Origin: Candidatus Eiseniibacteriota bacterium
GTDB taxonomy: Bacteria; Eisenbacteria; RBG-16-71-46; DASYSL01
Direction of reading: 5' to 3'
Assembly: GCA_046598045.1 (NCBI GenBank)
Contig: JBKJJJ010000072.1
Location: 1 to 13,131 of the forward strand
DNA: 13,131 bases
The number at the start of each line of letters is the position of its first letter. The stretch's first letter is position 1. A program made the position numbers and the translations under genes. Of the stretch, positions 9,179 to 13,131 are shown one piece after another. Below the pieces are notes generated by a model. It ran no database searches. It was not told where the DNA came from and was given only the letters and a program-made list of their open reading frames with translations.

Positions 9179-11514
9179 GGCGCTTCCTCGGAATGGGCCT
9201 CGGGCTCCTTGCGCTCACGTCCGTGGCCGCAGCGACGGCCGTTGCCGCGGTCGCCGTGCGTTCGAGCGTGGACGCGACGCGCGTCCCGCTCGGCGAGTCG
9301 TTCACCTGGACGGTGTCGGTCGATGGCGCGATGGGCGCCGAGACGCCGGCCGTGCCCCAGGTCGACTGGGCGCGCGTCGACTACCGGGGCTCGAGCCAGC
9401 AGATGAGCTTCGTCAACGGGCAGATGAGTTCGCGCACCGTGTTCCAGTTCCAGGTCACGCCGACGCGCGCGGGCAAGTTCTCCGTCCCGCCCGTGACGGT
9501 GCGCGCCCGCGGCGGTGTCTACGCGACCGACGCCATCGCGCTCGAGGTCACGCCGCCCCAGCCCGGGGCGCAGCCCTCGTTCGGCACGGCGGGGCAGCGG
9601 CCGCGCCTCAAGCTCGTGGCCAGTGCGGCGCCGCGCTCGGTGGTCGTCGGCGAGCCCGTGATCTACACCATCCGCTTCTACCAGGGCACCCGTCTGCTCG
9701 GCGAGCCGCAGTTCCGCGGCCCCGAGACGCCGCGCTTCTACGTCGAGCCGACGGGCACCGGCCGCACCTACTACGAGGGCTCCGGCCCCGACCGCTGGCT
9801 CGTGGGCGAGCGCCGCACGGTGCTCTACCCGACGGTCGCCGGCCGCCTGACGATCGGCCCGGCCGCGATGGCCTGCCTCGTGCCCGATCTCGATTCGCCC
9901 GACGGCGTCGAGGTCGATCTCGCGAGCGAGCCGGTGGCGGTCGACGTGCGCGCGCTGCCCCCCGCGCCCGCCGGTTTCTCGGGTGCCGTCGCCGACGCGC
10001 AGCTCTCGGGCGCGGTCGATCGCAGCGCGATCCGCGCCGACGAGTCGGTGCAGGTCACGTTCCGCCTGAGCGGCACCGGGAACCTGCGCCTCGCGGCGCC
10101 GCCCGCGCTCGACGACCTCGCGGATTTCGAGATCTTCGACCGCAAGATCGACGACTCGCTCGCGGTCGAGGAGGGCAACCCCTCGGGCACGAAGATCGTG
10201 CGCTACACGCTGTTGCCGCGTCGGCCCGGTCCGCTCTCCGTTCCGGTGGTGCACTACGTCGTGTTCGTGCCCGGGCAGGGCTATCGCCGCCTTGACTGGC
10301 CCGGTGCGCAAATCCAGGTCGCGCCCGGGCTCACGCGCGGCGGCACGAGCCGGGCGCCCACGCGGTTCGCGCTCGTGCCCACCGCGGTCCCGGGTGGTGC
10401 GCCGTGGACGCCGGCGCGGCCCTATGCCGGCGCCGCGCTCGTGCTGCTCGCCCTCGCGTTCGCATTGCCGCGCCTGCGCCGCGTACTCGGCGTCGCCGAG
10501 GCCGAGGGCGAGGCCGCGCGCGCCACGCGGCTCGAGACGCTCGCGCACGCGATGAGCGCGGCGAAGGGCCGCGGAGACGTGCACGAATTCTGGCGCAGCG
10601 CCGAGGAGGCGCTCGAGGGCGTGCCTCCCGGCGAGGCCGACGTGCTCCGGCAACGCATCGCCCAGGCGCGCTATGCGCCGGGCGCCGGCGGTCCCGCGGA
10701 GATGGACGAGCTCGCGGCGCGCATCGCGGCGCTGCTCGGGGCCGCGCGCGACCAGGCGCGGCGCGCCGCGAAGCCGGGCACGCCGCTCGGCCTGCGCATC
10801 GCGACCTGGGCGCTGGTCGCGGGCGCGCTTGTACTGGCGGGGATCGGAGCCTCGCAGGCGCTCGGGGCCCCGCGCGACCAGGAGCTGGCGACCCGGCTCG
10901 CGCAGGCCGCGCGCGCGTTGTCGGGTACGCAGAAGGACCTCGCCGGCAAGGCGCTGATCGAGCTCTGGAATGCCGGCGCGCGCCGGCCCGGCGTCGCGGT
11001 CGACCTCGCGATCGCGGCGTACTACGACCGCCGTCTCGGCGAGGCCGCGCTGTGGACCGAGCGTGCGCGCCGCCTCGATCCCCGGCACGCGCTCGTGATC
11101 GAGCTTTCGAGAGCGCTGGCGCAAGAGGGCGCGTGGGAGGGGCTGCCGACCGGCCTGAGGGCGCGCACCACGGGGGGCGAGCTCGCGTTCGCGGCCTGCG
11201 TCCTCGCCGCCCTGGCGTTGTTCCTGATCGGCTTCCGGCGGCGCTGGACCCGCACCGCCGGCGGTGCGCTGCTCGTGCTCGCGGTCGCGCTCGGCGTGCT
11301 CGCGGGACAGAGCGGCGCAGCCGGGGAGGCGCCGGGGCGTGGGATCGTGCTCACAGGCACGCCGCTCTACGACGCGCCGGGCGGCCCGTCGAATGTCGAT
11401 CTCGAGGCCGGGCGCGCGCTCTGGCTGGAGGGCGCGGCCGGCGGCTGGATGCGAGTGCGGGCGGGGTCCCAGGTCCAGGGCTTCGTGCCTGCGGGGCGGG
11501 TCCGGGCGATCTGA
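9175..11514 (+). CDS. batD: BatD-family protein fused to a BatE-like TPR/SH3 module, 779 aa
   Basis: GTGA overlap and a signal peptide. BatD-like segments include GESFTWTVSV, SSQQMSFVNGQMSS, VVVGEPVIYTI and FSGAV...LSGTGNL. After TM segments come a TPR-like helix pair (LAIAAYYDRRLGEAALWTERARRLDP), two more TMs and an SH3-like end (GWMRVR..VQGFVP). Confidence 0.83.
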   Translation: MRRFLGMGLGLLALTSVAAATAVAAVAVRSSVDATRVPLGESFTWTVSVDGAMGAETPAVPQVDWARVDYRGSSQQMSFVNGQMSSRTVFQFQVTPTRAGKFSVPPVTVRARGGVYATDAIALEVTPPQPGAQPSFGTAGQRPRLKLVASAAPRSVVVGEPVIYTIRFYQGTRLLGEPQFRGPETPRFYVEPTGTGRTYYEGSGPDRWLVGERRTVLYPTVAGRLTIGPAAMACLVPDLDSPDGVEVDLASEPVAVDVRALPPAPAGFSGAVADAQLSGAVDRSAIRADESVQVTFRLSGTGNLRLAAPPALDDLADFEIFDRKIDDSLAVEEGNPSGTKIVRYTLLPRRPGPLSVPVVHYVVFVPGQGYRRLDWPGAQIQVAPGLTRGGTSRAPTRFALVPTAVPGGAPWTPARPYAGAALVLLALAFALPRLRRVLGVAEAEGEAARATRLETLAHAMSAAKGRGDVHEFWRSAEEALEGVPPGEADVLRQRIAQARYAPGAGGPAEMDELAARIAALLGAARDQARRAAKPGTPLGLRIATWALVAGALVLAGIGASQALGAPRDQELATRLAQAARALSGTQKDLAGKALIELWNAGARRPGVAVDLAIAAYYDRRLGEAALWTERARRLDPRHALVIELSRALAQEGAWEGLPTGLRARTTGGELAFAACVLAALALFLIGFRRRWTRTAGGALLVLAVALGVLAGQSGAAGEAPGRGIVLTGTPLYDAPGGPSNVDLEAGRALWLEGAAGGWMRVRAGSQVQGFVPAGRVRAI

Positions 11515-11529
11515 GTCCACGAATTTCGT

Positions 11530-11559
11530 TTGACAGCCTGCGGGGGCGCCTCCTAGGAT
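11530..11559 (+). promoter_or_regulatory. Putative sigma70-type promoter for the leader/ABC transporter
   Basis: TTGACA (11530-11535), 18-bp spacer, TAGGAT (11554-11559), with AT-rich GAATTTCGT just upstream. Confidence 0.65.
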
Positions 11560-11609
11560 CCGGCGCACGTTCGCATCCTGTCCTGCAACACGACTTGGAG
11601 GTAGGCCCG

Positions 11610-11669
11610 ATGAACCAGATCCTTCTCGCCAGAGCGGCCACGGGGGTTTCGATCACCCGCGGCGCATGA
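11610..11669 (+). CDS. Putative leader peptide (uORF) MNQILLARAATGVSITRGA, 19 aa
   Basis: Consensus SD GGAGGT (11597-11602) with a 7-nt spacer to ATG 11610, and TGA at 11667-11669. It lies between a promoter and a terminator-like hairpin. Confidence 0.6.
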   Translation: MNQILLARAATGVSITRGA

Positions 11670-11700
11670 TCGGGCTTGTTTCTCCAGCACTGCGTACGGC

Positions 11701-11740
11701 ACGTGCCACGGGGTTTCGGCCCCGTGGCACGTCTCGTTTT
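11701..11740 (+). terminator. Terminator/attenuator hairpin in the ABC transporter leader
   Basis: Perfect 13-bp stem ACGTGCCACGGGG (11701-11713) / CCCCGTGGCACGT (11720-11732), a U-G closing pair and a UUCG loop, followed by CTCGTTTT (a weak, displaced U-tract). Confidence 0.7.
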
Positions 11741-11813
11741 CCGGGAGCCATGGGGGCCGCGATCCTCGACATTCGACATGCTCGCCGGCCAGGACGGCCG
11801 GCCGGAGGTTCCG

Positions 11814-12908
11814 GTGAAGACGGAATTCGAAACCATGGAGACGACCCGCTGGGGCGATGAGGCCCCGGCGCACCCCGCACCCACGCTCGACCTCTCGCGC
11901 GATGGCGCGGCGGTCTGGGTGAAGGGCCTCACCCGCACGTTCGAGGCCGGCAAGAAGAAGGACGGCAAGCGCACCGTGACCGCGGTCGCGGGCATCGACC
12001 TGGCGATCGGCCGCGGCGAGCTGTTCGGCATCCTCGGGCCGAACGGCGCGGGCAAGACCACGACCATGAAGATCCTGACCACGCTGCTCTTCCCGACCAC
12101 GGGGGAGGTGCGCGTCGCCGGCTTCGACGCGGTCACGAAGCCGCGCGAGGTGCGCCGTCGCATCGGGCTGGTCTCGGGCGGCGACAACGCGGGCTACGGC
12201 ATCCTGACCGTGCGCGAGTCGCTGTGGATGTTCTCGCAGTTCTACGGCGTGCCCAACGCGGAGTCGCACCAGCGCAGCGAGATGCTGCTCGACCGGCTCG
12301 CGCTGCGCGAGAAGGCCGACGAGCGCGTCAACCGCCTGTCGACCGGATTCAAGCAGCGGCTGAACTTCGCGCGCGGATTCATGTCGGACCCCGAGATCGT
12401 GTTCCTGGACGAGCCCACGCTCGGGCTCGACGTCGAATCGGCCCGCCACGTGCGCCTGTTCCTGCGCGAATGGATGGCCGAGAAGGCGGGCCAGCGTACC
12501 GTCCTCTTGACGACGCACTACATGGCCGAGGCCGACGAACTGTGCGACCGCATCGCGATCATCGACCGCGGCAAGATCCTGGCGACCGACACGCCGCAGG
12601 GGTTGCGGCAGATCGTGTCGGCCGACCGCCGCGTCGTGGTCGAGCTCGACGCCGGCACGCCGATCGATGCGCTGTCGAAGATCGCCGGGGTGCGCGTGCT
12701 GCGCGTCTCGCCGCCGACGGAGAAGGGCACATTTGCGGTCCACCTCGGGGTGAGCGAGGGCAAGGCGATGCGCGCGGTGCTGGATTCGCTCATGGTCGAG
12801 GGGCGGACCGTGCACAACCTCTCGACCCACGACCCGTCGCTCGAGGACGTGTTCGTGGCGATCGTCGGACGCGGCATCGAAGAGGCGGCGGACGGGGGCG
12901 CGGCATGA
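11814..12908 (+). CDS. ABC-2 type exporter ATP-binding subunit (DrrA/NodI-like), about 364 aa
   Basis: Walker A GPNGAGKTT, signature variant LSTGFKQRL, Walker B IVFLDEPTLGLD, H-loop LTTHYMAEAD and C-terminal PSLEDVF. GTG 11814 is chosen because SD GGAGG lies at 11804-11808; ATG 11835 is an alternative. Confidence 0.92.
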   Translation: MKTEFETMETTRWGDEAPAHPAPTLDLSRDGAAVWVKGLTRTFEAGKKKDGKRTVTAVAGIDLAIGRGELFGILGPNGAGKTTTMKILTTLLFPTTGEVRVAGFDAVTKPREVRRRIGLVSGGDNAGYGILTVRESLWMFSQFYGVPNAESHQRSEMLLDRLALREKADERVNRLSTGFKQRLNFARGFMSDPEIVFLDEPTLGLDVESARHVRLFLREWMAEKAGQRTVLLTTHYMAEADELCDRIAIIDRGKILATDTPQGLRQIVSADRRVVVELDAGTPIDALSKIAGVRVLRVSPPTEKGTFAVHLGVSEGKAMRAVLDSLMVEGRTVHNLSTHDPSLEDVFVAIVGRGIEEAADGGAA

Positions 12909-13131
12909 CCCATGGCGCCTTCGAACCCCTCGTCACGAACCTGCGCGCGGCGTGGGCGCGCGCCTACGTGCGCATCTTCGCGGCCTCGCGCGAACCGTCG
13001 TGGATCCTGACCGAGACGCTCCTGCCGGTGATCGGCATGTGCGCCTATGTGTTCGTCTATCGCGCCCTCGGAGCGCCGCGCGCCTACGAGGCGTTCGTCG
13101 TGCTCGGGGGCGTGATGATGGCCTACTGGCT
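12905..13131 (+). CDS. ABC-2 type exporter permease, 5' partial
   Basis: ATGA overlap with the ATPase stop. It reads MTHGAFEPLVTNLRAAWARAYVRIFAASREPSWILTETLLPVIGMCAYVFVYRALGAPRAYEAFVVLGGVMMAYW..., an amphipathic helix followed by TM segments, and is open to the window edge. Not in the ORF track. Confidence 0.8.
   Translation, partial: MTHGAFEPLVTNLRAAWARAYVRIFAASREPSWILTETLLPVIGMCAYVFVYRALGAPRAYEAFVVLGGVMMAYW

Noticed and set aside
10404..11669. 421-aa + strand ORF ending in MNQILLARAATGVSITRGA
   Set aside because: It is off-frame within batD for most of its length. Only the last 19 codons have an SD and are retained as the uORF.
11610..11669. uORF as a RiPP precursor exported by the ABC transporter
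   Set aside because: No modifying enzyme or peptidase is visible in the window, there is no recognisable leader/core pattern, and the RNA structure explains the uORF better.
11637..11732. Two similar hairpins as a mini-CRISPR or REP-like repeat
   Set aside because: There are only two imperfect copies, no cas genes, and I noticed no further copies in the window.
11676..11813. TTG start at 11676 for the ABC ATPase
   Set aside because: It has no SD, runs through the terminator hairpin and has non-coding-like codons. GTG 11814 has a good SD.
11750..11860. Second uORF (MGAAILDIRH...) after GGGAG
   Set aside because: The SD-to-ATG spacing is only 2 nt and the ORF overlaps the ATPase out of frame, with no other support.

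Overview
GC-rich bacterial window with all credible genes on the + strand, in three blocks. (1) A housekeeping block: the 3' end of tsaC/yrdC, a YwlE-like low-molecular-weight phosphatase, ilvE, glyA and an unrecognised membrane protein. (2) A complete MoxR/Bat-type operon: moxR, DUF58, a hypothetical membrane protein, batA, a batB-batC fusion and a batD-batE-like fusion, mostly joined by overlapping stop/start codons. (3) An ABC-2 exporter (ATPase plus the start of a permease) preceded by a ~300-nt leader. The leader is the most notable element: a sigma70-type promoter, a strong SD, a 19-codon uORF and four mutually complementary segments arranged like a classical 1:2 / 2:3 / 3:4 ribosome-dependent attenuator. 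Other points of interest are a probably leaderless phosphatase mRNA, ilvE placed between ywlE and glyA, and a poly-Pro/poly-Gly linker encoded by a DNA inverted repeat. I saw no rRNA, tRNA, CRISPR array or mobile element. All base pairings were worked out by hand; no folding program or database search was run.
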